NCBI GenBank assembly: GCA_050185455.1
Contig: JBFWZL010000001.1
Location: forward strand, 1 to 36,900
Reading direction: 5' to 3'
From: Candidatus Binatia bacterium
Lineage (GTDB): Bacteria; Desulfobacterota; Binatia; Bin18
Length of the DNA stretch: 36,900 nucleotides
Shown: positions 7,901 through 17,182 of the stretch, in pieces
Layout: the number at the start of each line of letters is the position of its first letter
How positions within the stretch are numbered: position 1 is the first letter of the stretch
The notes under the pieces: model-generated
What the model saw: only the letters and a program-made list of their open reading frames with translations
Told to the model about the DNA's origin: nothing
Databases searched by the model: none
Made by a program: the position numbers and the translations under genes

Positions 7901-8710
7901 ATGGTGAATACCAGAGTTGCGGAACGGATCGTGACTTGTCATGACTCGACGTGGACCTATCTGTGTGCTGGAGAAGGACCGCCTGTCGTCTGGCTCCACG
8001 GCCTGTGGGGAGAGCCGGGGTGGGAGCTACATCACCAGCGTCTCGCCGAACGGTACACCGTCTATGCTCCTGCCTTGCCGGGATATCATGGTTCGTCTTT
8101 TCCCCCGTGGATGGTCGATAGTGAGGATGCCGCGACGCTGGTCATCGACTTCCTGGATACGCTCAAACTGGCGCGTCCCATCCTCATCGGGCACTCGCTG
8201 GGAGGATGGCTTGCCGCCGAGGTGGCGGTCTTTCGTCCGCTTCATCTTGCGGGCTTGGTGCTCATCAATCCGCTCGGCATTGCCCTCGACTGGACGCAGG
8301 CGCCGAACGTTTTCTACCATGATCCAGCGGCGCTTGCCGGGCTCTTTTTTGCCGATGCCACTCTCGAAGCAGCGCGTCGCTACGTCCCGCTACCAAAGGA
8401 GTGGGACGAGCGGTTTCTGCACAACCGGGAGGCGAGTATGCGCCTGGCTTTTCAGCCGTACTTGCACAGCCGCAGACTGAAAGAACGGTTACGGTTTGTC
8501 GCAGCGCCAACGCTGGTTCTCTGGGGTGAACAGGATAAAATTTTGGGGGCAGAGCATGCGAGAGAATGGCAAACGCGGTTGCCGCACTCCGAGGTGGCGC
8601 TCATCCAGGGAGCAGGTCATTTCCCCCATGTTGAGCAACCAGAGGCGTGCCTGCCAACGTTGATGGAGTTTCTGTATGCACTCTCCGCTAAGGAGGTTGC
8701 CGCGCGATGA
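7901..8710 (+). CDS. alpha/beta-fold hydrolase
   Basis: Nucleophile elbow 'GHSLGG', 'VVWLHG' oxyanion region and C-terminal 'GAGHFPHVEQPE'. The ORF opens at TTG 7895 and the ATG at 7901 is preferred. The stop overlaps the next start (ATGA). Confidence 0.85.
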   Translation: MVNTRVAERIVTCHDSTWTYLCAGEGPPVVWLHGLWGEPGWELHHQRLAERYTVYAPALPGYHGSSFPPWMVDSEDAATLVIDFLDTLKLARPILIGHSLGGWLAAEVAVFRPLHLAGLVLINPLGIALDWTQAPNVFYHDPAALAGLFFADATLEAARRYVPLPKEWDERFLHNREASMRLAFQPYLHSRRLKERLRFVAAPTLVLWGEQDKILGAEHAREWQTRLPHSEVALIQGAGHFPHVEQPEACLPTLMEFLYALSAKEVAAR

Positions 8711-9861
8711 AGATCTTCAACATGGTGTTGTTCGGTTGGCCAATCTTCCCCAAGGACGTCGAGGTCGGCCAGCCGGGCAGTTATCCGGTGCACAACAAAT
8801 ATTTCGATCCTATTACTGGCCAAAAAATTTTGCAGGATTTCTTGGAGGAGATCGACCTGAGCGAGGCGATGGGGTTTGATGGCGTGAACTGCCAGGAGCA
8901 CCACGGCAACGGCATCTTCTGCGCATTTGTACCTTCGACCACGATTATGGCCGCAGCCCTCGCCCAGCGGACGCGTCGTCTGAAGCTGGCGCTCACTGGC
9001 ACCTGTCTCCCCCTGCACAACCCGATTACCATCGCCGAAGAGATCGCCATGGTGGATCAGCTCTCGGGGGGGCGCTTGATCTGGGGCGCGCTCCGTGGAA
9101 CGGCAATTGAATATATGCACTATGGCGTCAATGCGAGCGAGTCACAGGGACGCTTTCGTGAGGCGTTTCATCTCACCAGGAAGATCCTGACCACGGAAGG
9201 ACCGTTTAGCTATGCCGGTCGGTATTACAGTGTGCGAAACTACAACCTCTGGCCCAAACCGCTGCAACAGCCCCATCCCAAGGTGTGGATGGCCTGCAAC
9301 AGTTTGGACTCGCTGGACTTCGCCGTGGAGACACAGTCCTATGTGATGACCCCGTGGGTGCCCCTCACCCAGAGTGCGTTCGTGTATGAATCGTATCATA
9401 AGTTGGCGCAACAGCAGGAACGCGTGGCGCCTACAGACTTTGACGACATGTTTGCTGGCATCTGCGCGATTTATTGCGCCGAGAGCGATACGCAAGCGCG
9501 AGCGGAGGCAGAGGAACATGTCCACACGCATTTCACCAAGGCGCTGGCGGCGTTTGACAGCAACACCATGTCGCTCATTCCCGGACACATGACGCCCCGT
9601 GGGATGCGCACCTGGCTGGCGGCGACGTCCGGCAAGGGAGGACAATCCCTGGTTTTTGGCTTCGAGGAGGCGCTGCAGAATGGGACGCTCATCGTGGGGA
9701 GCCCGCGCACCTGTATCGATCTCATCCGCCGACAACGCACGGAAGGCAAACGTGGTACGCTGCTGGCGATGTTCCAGTTCGGTTCTCTGCCGCACAAGCT
9801 GGCCATGAAAAGCATTGCGCTCTTCGGAAAAGAAGTCCTCCCGGCGATCCGGGAGGTATAA
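8707..9861 (+). CDS. LLM-class (luciferase-like) flavin-dependent oxidoreductase
   Basis: 384 aa. 'LHNPITIAEEIAMVDQLSGGRL' and the overall layout are typical of the bacterial luciferase-like monooxygenase family. It is translationally coupled to the upstream hydrolase. Confidence 0.8.
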   Translation: MKIFNMVLFGWPIFPKDVEVGQPGSYPVHNKYFDPITGQKILQDFLEEIDLSEAMGFDGVNCQEHHGNGIFCAFVPSTTIMAAALAQRTRRLKLALTGTCLPLHNPITIAEEIAMVDQLSGGRLIWGALRGTAIEYMHYGVNASESQGRFREAFHLTRKILTTEGPFSYAGRYYSVRNYNLWPKPLQQPHPKVWMACNSLDSLDFAVETQSYVMTPWVPLTQSAFVYESYHKLAQQQERVAPTDFDDMFAGICAIYCAESDTQARAEAEEHVHTHFTKALAAFDSNTMSLIPGHMTPRGMRTWLAATSGKGGQSLVFGFEEALQNGTLIVGSPRTCIDLIRRQRTEGKRGTLLAMFQFGSLPHKLAMKSIALFGKEVLPAIREV

Positions 9862-9932
9862 ACGCTGACCGATAGTTGGACCCGCGAGGCTGGAGACCGA
9901 ATCTCGGCGTCAGACGACGCCAAAGAGGATCT

Positions 9933-11123
9933 ATGGATTTTGAATACACCCCTGAACAGGAAGCCTTTCGCCAGGAAGTACGGCGCTGGCTAGAAGCGAA
10001 CATCACGCCTGACCTGTGCGTCGACGACGCCATGGATGAGCGCGTGGCTGGAGACCGAGAGACGTTTGACCGACGCGTGGCCTGGCAGAAAAAACTCCAT
10101 GCCGCTGGCTGGGTGGGTCTGTCCTGGCCCAAGCAGTACGGCGGGCGCGGGGCCACGCTCATGGAGCAAATTGTTTTTAACGAAGAGTATGGGCGAGTCC
10201 GCGCGCCGGTGCTGCCCGGCTACATGGGCGTGAGCTTGGCTGGACCAACCATCATGCAATGGGGCACGGAAGAACAAAAGCAGCGCTTCCTGCCACGGAT
10301 TCTCAACGCGGACGACATCTGGTGTCAGGGGTACTCTGAGCCGGGTGCGGGCTCAGACTTGGCGGGCATACAAACCCGCGCCGTTGATATGGGGGACTAT
10401 TTTGTTGTAAACGGACAGAAAGTGTGGACCTCCGGCGCGCAGTTTGCCCAGTGGATGGTGCTGCTGGCGCGCACCGACCCGGATGCGCCCAAACATCAGG
10501 GAATCAGCTATTTTTTACTCGACATGAAAACCCCCGGCGTTACTGTGCGACCGCTGGTGTTGATGAACGGCCACCGTCATTTCAACGAAGTTTTCTTTGA
10601 GGAAGTGCGTGCGCCGCGCGAGCAGTTGCTGGGTCCGAAGAATGAAGGTTGGAAGGTGGCGATTACGACCTTAATGTTTGAGCGTAGCTTTGCTGGCGGT
10701 GGCAGTCACGGCGCGCAAGTCCGGCGGTTAACGGCATTAGCGCAACAGGTGCTGATCGACGGTCGGCCAGCATGGGAGCAAGGCTGGGTGCGGCAGAAGC
10801 TGGCGCAGTTCGCCATTGAGTGCGAGGCGCTCAAATACACCGCGCAGCGCAACCTCACGCGCCAGCTCAAAGGCCAACCGCCAGGACCGGAGGGATCGAT
10901 GCTCAAGCTGTGCGGATCCGAACTCGGCGTGCGGATTGCTAACTTTGCTACCGAGTTGCTTGGCGCCTACGCGCTGCTCGATCAGCCGACGGAGAGTGTT
11001 CCTGATGCGCCGCGTTGGCTCAACCGCGCCCTGAGCGCGCGGCAGTACACCATCGCCGGTGGGACCAGCGAGATCCAACACAACATCATCGGTGAGCGCG
11101 TATTAGGGCTGCCCAAGGGGTGA
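9933..11123 (+). CDS. acyl-CoA dehydrogenase family protein
   Basis: 'MDFEYTPEQEAFRQEVRRWL', 'WPKQYGGRG', 'CQGYSEPGAGSDLAG', 'VNGQKVWTSGA' and C-terminal 'TIAGGTSEIQHNIIGERVLGLP' are canonical ACAD motifs. ATG 9933, after AAAGAGGA, is preferred to the upstream TTG at 9876. Confidence 0.9.
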   Translation: MDFEYTPEQEAFRQEVRRWLEANITPDLCVDDAMDERVAGDRETFDRRVAWQKKLHAAGWVGLSWPKQYGGRGATLMEQIVFNEEYGRVRAPVLPGYMGVSLAGPTIMQWGTEEQKQRFLPRILNADDIWCQGYSEPGAGSDLAGIQTRAVDMGDYFVVNGQKVWTSGAQFAQWMVLLARTDPDAPKHQGISYFLLDMKTPGVTVRPLVLMNGHRHFNEVFFEEVRAPREQLLGPKNEGWKVAITTLMFERSFAGGGSHGAQVRRLTALAQQVLIDGRPAWEQGWVRQKLAQFAIECEALKYTAQRNLTRQLKGQPPGPEGSMLKLCGSELGVRIANFATELLGAYALLDQPTESVPDAPRWLNRALSARQYTIAGGTSEIQHNIIGERVLGLPKG

Positions 11124-11241
11124 GAAGAACCGCGTGAACCAGGCAACTGGTCACGGACGTGCAGACCGGGAGCATTTCACTGTCTGTGCAGGGAGGTGGC
11201 AAGCACTAGGGGAGGAGAGAGTCAGTCCGCCTCTGGCTGGC

Positions 11242-11288
11242 TGTGCGATCTGTGCGCACACCCTGCCATGCCCCAGCACAGTTTGCAC
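11242..11288 (+). promoter_or_regulatory. candidate enhancer-binding-protein site cluster (UAS-like)
   Basis: TGTGCG (11242-11247) and the perfect palindrome TGTGCGCACA (11251-11260), then TGCCATG (11264-11270) and TTGCAC (11283-11288). The same words occur at 30606-30645, upstream of the second NtaA-like gene. Confidence 0.35.
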
Positions 11289-11373
11289 GGAAAGTGGATC
11301 GAGGCTTCCTTCAAATCCCCCTAAGTAACTGGTTTTGCATTCTTTTTCTTGTCCGAACGACTCCTCTCTACTG

Positions 11374-11389
11374 CGGCATCATTCTTGTA
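11374..11389 (+). promoter_or_regulatory. weak sigma-54 (-24/-12) promoter candidate
   Basis: CGGCATCATTCTTGTA has GG and TTG at the exact consensus spacing of TGGCAC-N5-TTGC, but the -12 reads TTGT rather than TTGC. It lies ~55 nt upstream of ATG 11444 and ~130 nt downstream of the 11251 palindrome. Confidence 0.3.
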
Positions 11390-11443
11390 GTAGACCCCTA
11401 CCACTGATTTCTGCTGGTGATTTGGGAAAAAGGAGGTTCTGCA

Positions 11444-12034
11444 ATGGTAACTACCCTCCTCGGCATTTCTGGGAGCCTAACGAAAGGCGGGAGTACCCGC
11501 ACCTTAATTGATGCTGTCTTGCAGGCCGCCAAAGAACGGTACCCGGATATTACTACCACCGTCCTGGACCTCCGTGAGGTCCAGATTGCATTTTGTGATG
11601 GTCGGCCGCTGCACGAATATGGTGATGACACGCCACAGGTTGTGGCGCGCATTCAGGCCGCGGATGCCTATGTGATTGGTACGCCCATCTACCGCGGCTC
11701 GTACACGGGCGCGCTCAAGAACTTGTTGGACCACGTGCCGGTGGAAGCGATGATAGGCAAGGTCGCCGGACTGATCGCCACCGGCGCCACTGACCATCAC
11801 TACCTCAGCATCGATCAAGAACTGCGACCGATCCTGATGTGGTTCAATATGCATCTTGTGCCGGGCAGCGTGTATGCGCGCGGCAATCAACTCCAAGGCA
11901 GCGAGATTATAGACGAGCAACTGCGCGCGCATTTGCAAGCGCTCGGAGAGGCCGTGATCGACTTGCAGCAACTTCTTCAAGGCGGGCTGCAAGGACCCCC
12001 ACCGCTGAGCCTATGGGGAAGAAAAAGAGCGTAA
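11444..12034 (+). CDS. NAD(P)H-dependent FMN reductase (SsuE/MsuE-like)
   Basis: 'LLGISGSLTKGGSTRTL' and 'AYVIGTPIYRGSYTGALKNLLDHVP' are FMN_red-family hallmarks. AGGAGG sits 7 nt before ATG 11444. It lies directly upstream of an FMNH2-dependent monooxygenase. Confidence 0.85.
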   Translation: MVTTLLGISGSLTKGGSTRTLIDAVLQAAKERYPDITTTVLDLREVQIAFCDGRPLHEYGDDTPQVVARIQAADAYVIGTPIYRGSYTGALKNLLDHVPVEAMIGKVAGLIATGATDHHYLSIDQELRPILMWFNMHLVPGSVYARGNQLQGSEIIDEQLRAHLQALGEAVIDLQQLLQGGLQGPPPLSLWGRKRA

Positions 12035-12049
12035 GCCAGGGAGACAACA

Positions 12050-13354
12050 ATGACCAAAAAGATGCATCTGACCGGTTTTATGTTGTTTGCCCCAGCGCCG
12101 CACATGATCATGTCGTGGGTATATCCTCGAGAGAAGATTCGCTATCAGTGGCACGAGCCGGAGCACTGGGAGACCATTGCCAGAACACTTGAGCGCGGCA
12201 AGTTCGATATGTTCTTCTTTGCCGACGGCTGGGCGGGCGGCACGAACCCCACTGGCGTGCGCTACGCGATTCAGTTCCCCAACCACGACCCGGTGGCGCT
12301 GGTTACCTATCTGTCGGCGATGACCAGGAAGCTCGGCTTTGCCGTGACTATGTCCACCACGTTCTATCCACCTTTTATGCTGGCGCGCAAACTGGCCACG
12401 CTCGATCACCTCACCAAAGGTCGCATTGGCTGGAATATCGTGTCGTCGATCTCCACTGCGGAGGCGCGTAATTTCGGCATGGACGACCTGCCGCCACATG
12501 ACGAACGGTATGATCGAGCCGATGAATACATGGAGGCCTGTTACCAGCTGTGGGATAGTTGGGAGCCCGACGCTCTGCTGATGGACATGGAGAACGGCAT
12601 CTTCGCGGACCCGGCCAAGGTCCATCGGGTGGATTTTCACGGGAAGTGGTACAAGACCCAGGGACCATTGACCGTGATTCCCTCACCGCAGCGCCGGCCA
12701 TACCTCTTCCAGGCAGGGCAGTCTGAGTGTGGGCGAGAGTTCGCCGCCAAGCATGCCGAATGCATCTTCGCCGCGGCCATGGGAATCAAACAAATGCGCG
12801 AGTTCTGCGACGATATCGCCGCACGAGTCGAACGCTACGGTCGTGACCCGTCTACCGTCAAGATCATCTGGGGTGCGCAACCGTTGGTGGCCAGGACCAC
12901 CGCGGACGCCAAGGAGCAGCAAGCCGCCATTCGCGCCCGCATTCCGTTGGAAGCCTCGCTAGTGCTGATGTCGGGCCACTTCAACTACGACGTGACGAAG
13001 CTCGACCTCGACACGCCGCTGAGCGAACTCAATCTAGAGGTGAGCGGGACAAAAGGCCTGCTCGACATGTATCGTCGGTCGAACCCGCATATCACCCTGC
13101 GTGAGATCGCCGGCTCCTACCTGGCCGCGAGCGAGGATAACCCGCTGATCGGCGCGCCCGAGCAGGTGGCGGACTACATGCAATACCTGTTGGAGGAAGG
13201 AGGCGGTGAGGGCTTCCAGATTACTCCTTCGTATTACGCCCCCGATTATTATGAGGACCTCGTGACGCTGCTGATTCCGGTGCTGCAAAAGCGCGGCGTC
13301 TTTCGCACGGAGTACACCAGCCGCACGTTGCGGGACTCTATGACGCAGGGATAG
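12050..13354 (+). CDS. NtaA/SnaA/DszA-type LLM flavin monooxygenase
   Basis: 434 aa. The N-terminus 'KKMHLTGFMLFAPAPHMIMSW' and 'LDHLTKGRIGWNIVSS', together with the length, fit the nitrilotriacetate monooxygenase component A / DszA subfamily. A paralog lies at 30814. Confidence 0.85.
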   Translation: MTKKMHLTGFMLFAPAPHMIMSWVYPREKIRYQWHEPEHWETIARTLERGKFDMFFFADGWAGGTNPTGVRYAIQFPNHDPVALVTYLSAMTRKLGFAVTMSTTFYPPFMLARKLATLDHLTKGRIGWNIVSSISTAEARNFGMDDLPPHDERYDRADEYMEACYQLWDSWEPDALLMDMENGIFADPAKVHRVDFHGKWYKTQGPLTVIPSPQRRPYLFQAGQSECGREFAAKHAECIFAAAMGIKQMREFCDDIAARVERYGRDPSTVKIIWGAQPLVARTTADAKEQQAAIRARIPLEASLVLMSGHFNYDVTKLDLDTPLSELNLEVSGTKGLLDMYRRSNPHITLREIAGSYLAASEDNPLIGAPEQVADYMQYLLEEGGGEGFQITPSYYAPDYYEDLVTLLIPVLQKRGVFRTEYTSRTLRDSMTQG

Positions 13355-13430
13355 AAACACGACATGCCGCAATGCAATCAACAGGGTCTTTCTTCCCGAG
13401 ACAGCAATTTCCCCATGGAGGTGTGAGATC

Positions 13431-14321
13431 ATGGCCTTTTCCATCGAAGCGGCGTTGCCGCCACTGATCCGCCGTGACGTTGAGTACGCCGAACAGCACT
13501 ACCCGCCTATTCCTGAAACAATGCCCGCTGTTATCGCTGCCGACCCGGGCTGGAGTCGCCAGTGGACGAACATCAGAAACTCTATCGAGCAAGGCAAAAC
13601 CGCCCCTCGCAAGACGAAAGATCCCTCGCGGCGGCAGTTGGTCGCCAAGTATTTAGCGGGAATGGGCCACATGGAGTTACAGCTGATCGTCCAAGGCTGT
13701 ACCTACGCGGCGACGCAGTACGACATGCCCGCTGCCTGGCGCACGTGTATCATCAAACAAGCCTACGACGACATGCAGCACGCGGCGGGCTTCATCACGC
13801 GTGGGTCCCGTATGGCCAACGAAGACTACTGGCAGGGTACGGACGCACCGTATCTCTGGCCCGTGGACGCCTATCAGCCGATTTTACGACGCGATCTGGG
13901 CGGTTTCTTGGTGGCGATCGGGCTGCATACCGAGGCGTATCCGGCGTGGACCAATCTCAGCGGCGGCGGTCCGATCGCGGACATCTCCGTCGGCGCGTGG
14001 AGCTTACAAGAGATCGAAGATGAGGCATGGCACCTGACGTTTCTCCTGCCCGCGATCAAAGAGTATCTGCACACGGGCGCCCCGGAGGAACAAGACCGCC
14101 GTAAGCGGCAGATGGTGACGGATAACGAAATTCTTCTCGAAGCAGCGGTCCAGCCAGCCTACAAGAACGCGAAGGAATTCGTGGTGGGCCGTCTGGGGCA
14201 AGATCCGGCAATACTCTACGGCTATGAGCATCTCGATGAGCGCACGCGCCACATCTTCCGCTCCATTGGGATCGAAGAAAGCTACTGGCCCGCGTATCTT
14301 AAACAGGGTCTGGGAGTCTAG
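13431..14321 (+). CDS. uncharacterised protein with a ferritin-like diiron-carboxylate ligand pattern
   Basis: 296 aa with a GGAGGTG RBS. Candidate ligands are E82, D114-x-x-H117, E168 and E198-x-x-H201, with ~30-residue spacings, the pattern of four-helix-bundle diiron proteins. All are conserved in the paralog at 19985. No family name recognised. Confidence 0.6.
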   Translation: MAFSIEAALPPLIRRDVEYAEQHYPPIPETMPAVIAADPGWSRQWTNIRNSIEQGKTAPRKTKDPSRRQLVAKYLAGMGHMELQLIVQGCTYAATQYDMPAAWRTCIIKQAYDDMQHAAGFITRGSRMANEDYWQGTDAPYLWPVDAYQPILRRDLGGFLVAIGLHTEAYPAWTNLSGGGPIADISVGAWSLQEIEDEAWHLTFLLPAIKEYLHTGAPEEQDRRKRQMVTDNEILLEAAVQPAYKNAKEFVVGRLGQDPAILYGYEHLDERTRHIFRSIGIEESYWPAYLKQGLGV

Positions 14322-14393
14322 AGAGTCAAAGAGTCTAGAGTCAAAGAGACAGACCCCCAGACGCAAGAGACTCAAGCACTAAGGAGGAAAGAC

Positions 14394-15845
14394 ATGGCAA
14401 CACAGCAACAGAGTAAATCACGGGCCGTACGAGCCAAACTCACACATCCGGTTATCGACTCCGATGGGCATACCGTCGAATTCGAACCTGCACTGTACGA
14501 TTACATCAAGCAAGTTGGCGGCGCGTCAGTCCTGGAGCGGTATCTGTCCCGACGTGGGTGGGGTGGCTGGTATCGCCGGTCTCCCGAAGAACGGCGTGAG
14601 CATCGCACCGTCCGTCCACCCTGGTGGGCGCTGCCGACCAAGAACACGCTCGATCGCGCCACCGCCACACTGCCAAAGCTGCTCGCCGAGCGGTTAGACG
14701 ACATCGGCCTCGACTTCACTGTTTTGTACCCGACCACGGGACTGTTCTTTCCTCACCTGGACGACGAAGAACTCCGGCGCGCCTGTTGCCGGGGGCTCAA
14801 CACCTTCCATGCCGAGATTTTTCGCGAACACGCCGATCGTATGACGCCGGCAGCGGCTATTCCCATGCACACGCCCCAAGAAGCGATTGAAGAACTGGAA
14901 TACGCAGTCAAGACGCTCGGTCTCAAGGCCATTGTCATGGCCGGCCATGTCCGTCGGCCTATTCCGGCGGCCGCGCGGATCGCGCCGGGCGCGGGGCGGA
15001 AAGCCTTGTGGCTCGATACGTTTTGTCTTGAGAGCGAATACGATTATGATCCGGTGTGGGCCAAGTGTGTCGAACTCGGCGTAGTTCCCACCTTTCACTC
15101 CGCTGGCATGGGCTGGGGCAGCCGTATGTCAACCTCTAACTACATGTATAACCACATCGGCCACTTCGCCTCGGCGGGCGAGGCTCTGTGTAAGGCCTTG
15201 TTCTTTGGCGGCGTGACGCGCCGCTTCCCGACGTTACGCTTCGGGTTCTTGGAGTGTGGGGTAAGCTGGGCGTGCAGCCTGTATGCTGACATGATCGGCC
15301 ATTGGGCGAAACGCAATGGCAAAGCCATGGAGAATTACAACCCGGCCAATCTGAACCCGGAAATGCTGCTTGATCTTTTTCAGCGCTATGGCGGCAAGAT
15401 GGTGGAAGGCAAACTGGAACAACTGCGGCAGGGCTCTGGCGGCAGCATGTTGGCGAGCACGACAGAAGACCCGGCGACGATTGATGACTGGTGGCGCTGT
15501 GGGATTGAGAAGCCCGAAGACATTAAAGCCCTGTTCGTACCCAATTTTTACTTTGGCTGTGAAGCGGATGATCCCATGAACGCCAGCGCGTTTAACACCA
15601 AAATCAACCCCTTCGGAGCCAAGCTCAAGGCCGTGTTCAGTTCCGATATTGGGCATTGGGATGTGCCGGACATGACGGAAGTGACCGAAGAGGCGTATGA
15701 GTTAGTGGAGGAGGGAAAGATGACGGAAGAAGACTTCCGCGAATTCGTCTTTGTGAATCCCACGAAGCTGTGGACGGATATGAACCCGCATTTCTTCAAG
15801 GGGACGCGGGTCGAAAAAGATGTTGAGAAACTGATAACACGGTGA
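14394..15845 (+). CDS. amidohydrolase-2 family protein (long form)
   Basis: 483 aa. 'VIDSDGHTVEFEP' at the N-terminus and 'FSSDIGHWD' near the C-terminus. An AAGGAGGA RBS precedes the start. Confidence 0.8.
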   Translation: MATQQQSKSRAVRAKLTHPVIDSDGHTVEFEPALYDYIKQVGGASVLERYLSRRGWGGWYRRSPEERREHRTVRPPWWALPTKNTLDRATATLPKLLAERLDDIGLDFTVLYPTTGLFFPHLDDEELRRACCRGLNTFHAEIFREHADRMTPAAAIPMHTPQEAIEELEYAVKTLGLKAIVMAGHVRRPIPAAARIAPGAGRKALWLDTFCLESEYDYDPVWAKCVELGVVPTFHSAGMGWGSRMSTSNYMYNHIGHFASAGEALCKALFFGGVTRRFPTLRFGFLECGVSWACSLYADMIGHWAKRNGKAMENYNPANLNPEMLLDLFQRYGGKMVEGKLEQLRQGSGGSMLASTTEDPATIDDWWRCGIEKPEDIKALFVPNFYFGCEADDPMNASAFNTKINPFGAKLKAVFSSDIGHWDVPDMTEVTEEAYELVEEGKMTEEDFREFVFVNPTKLWTDMNPHFFKGTRVEKDVEKLITR

Positions 15846-17038
15846 GTGAGGTAGATGTGAAACGTATTGCCCTTGCGGACAACACACTACGGCTTGGGCT
15901 GTTTTACCCAAACACCCCGTCGATTCACGTGACCTCGCGCGTGGTGGCGGATATGAATCCCGATTCGATGTCTCTGGCGACACACAGGCGCATTGCCGCG
16001 GTCAGCGAAGAGATTGGCCTTGATTATGTATTTATCGCCGACCGCTGGGCGCCGTACGGTCCCGAGTCCACCGCCGCGCATCATCAGGACCCGATGCTAG
16101 CGGCGTTCATCTTGGGCGCGACGCTGATTGGGATGACCGAGCGTATCGGCATTATCACCACGCTGCACACCACCTATTTCCATCCGGCTCATCTTGCCCG
16201 TATCGGCGCGAACCTGGACACGTTGTCCGGCGGTCGCTGGGGCTGGAACATCGTGACTGGCGTCACTACCGATGAGATGGAAATCTTCGGTTACAAGGGC
16301 GGCGTGGCCCATGACCTCCGCTACGATATGGCGCGTGAGATGCTCGCGTTGATCAAAAAGATCTGGGACGGCATGCGGCGGGAAAACGCGTATGTGGACT
16401 GGCAGGGCACGCATTACACCATGCGTGGCGCGGTGGTGGGACCGGGACCGCTGCAACAGCCGTATCCGCTGCTGGTCAATGCTGGCGCGTCGGACGCGGG
16501 CCGCCGCTTCGCCGCTGAGCACTGTGATTACATCTTCCTTACCGACAGTTCACAAGAAGGGGTTCTCCGGCGTATGCAAAGCGCGCGGGAGCAGGCCGTC
16601 GCCTTTGGCCGCCCGGCGGACGCCGTGCGGTTGATGATGGCGGCGCGGGTGATCGTGCGCGACACGCAGGAAGAAGCGGATCAAGCGCGGCACTGGATTG
16701 CGAATAATGTTGATCTCCCAGCGGCGCGCAACTTTGTCGCGGCCCTCATGGGCGGGATTGAAAGCATTCGCGAAGCGTTCGGCGACCGGGATGAGGCGGA
16801 ACTTTTGCGCGTGTGGGGAGGTGCGGTAGGCGAGCACGAAGCCTATTGCTGCGGGCCGCCGGAAAAGATCGCCCGCTCGATTATCGACCTGCACCGCGAG
16901 GTCGGCTGCCAGGGATTACTCCTGACGTTTCCCTTGTGGCATGAGGATGAGATTCGCCGTTTTGGCACACAGGTGATGCCGTTACTAGCGGAGGCAGGCG
17001 TGTGGACGCACCCGAGTCAGCGGGGGTGGAATTGGTAG
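15842..17038 (+). CDS. LLM-class flavin-dependent oxidoreductase
   Basis: 398 aa. 'FIADRWAP', 'IGANLDTLSGGRWGWNIVTG' and 'VNAGASDAGRRFAAEHCDYIF' are luciferase-like monooxygenase motifs. The GTG start overlaps the upstream stop (GTGA). Confidence 0.8.
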   Translation: MSEVDVKRIALADNTLRLGLFYPNTPSIHVTSRVVADMNPDSMSLATHRRIAAVSEEIGLDYVFIADRWAPYGPESTAAHHQDPMLAAFILGATLIGMTERIGIITTLHTTYFHPAHLARIGANLDTLSGGRWGWNIVTGVTTDEMEIFGYKGGVAHDLRYDMAREMLALIKKIWDGMRRENAYVDWQGTHYTMRGAVVGPGPLQQPYPLLVNAGASDAGRRFAAEHCDYIFLTDSSQEGVLRRMQSAREQAVAFGRPADAVRLMMAARVIVRDTQEEADQARHWIANNVDLPAARNFVAALMGGIESIREAFGDRDEAELLRVWGGAVGEHEAYCCGPPEKIARSIIDLHREVGCQGLLLTFPLWHEDEIRRFGTQVMPLLAEAGVWTHPSQRGWNW

Positions 17039-17182
17039 AGGGGGATTGCCGGGGAGTCTCACAGGGGAATGAAAACATACCACCTCAAGAAGGAAGGGAG
17101 CAACAATGAGCGTACGTGATCAGGCTGGCGCGGTTGTACGGGTGTGAACAAAGAACCAGCGAGAAAAGGTGAAGAGACTTTT

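Noticed and set aside
11148-11163. TGGTCACGGACGTGCA as a sigma-54 promoter
   Set aside because: GG and GC are correctly spaced, but the flanking bases are poor. It lies ~280 nt from the start codon and upstream of the putative activator sites, the wrong order for a bEBP-dependent promoter.
11134-11328. 64-aa ORF in the gap upstream of the FMN reductase
   Set aside because: No RBS and a Cys/Pro/Gly-rich motif-free translation. The region is better explained as regulatory DNA with palindromes and a promoter candidate.
14314-14345. Tandem GAGTCTAGAG(AG)TCAAA x2 overlapping the stop of the 13431 gene
   Set aside because: It is real but only two short copies, most simply a local slippage duplication. 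No functional signal could be argued.
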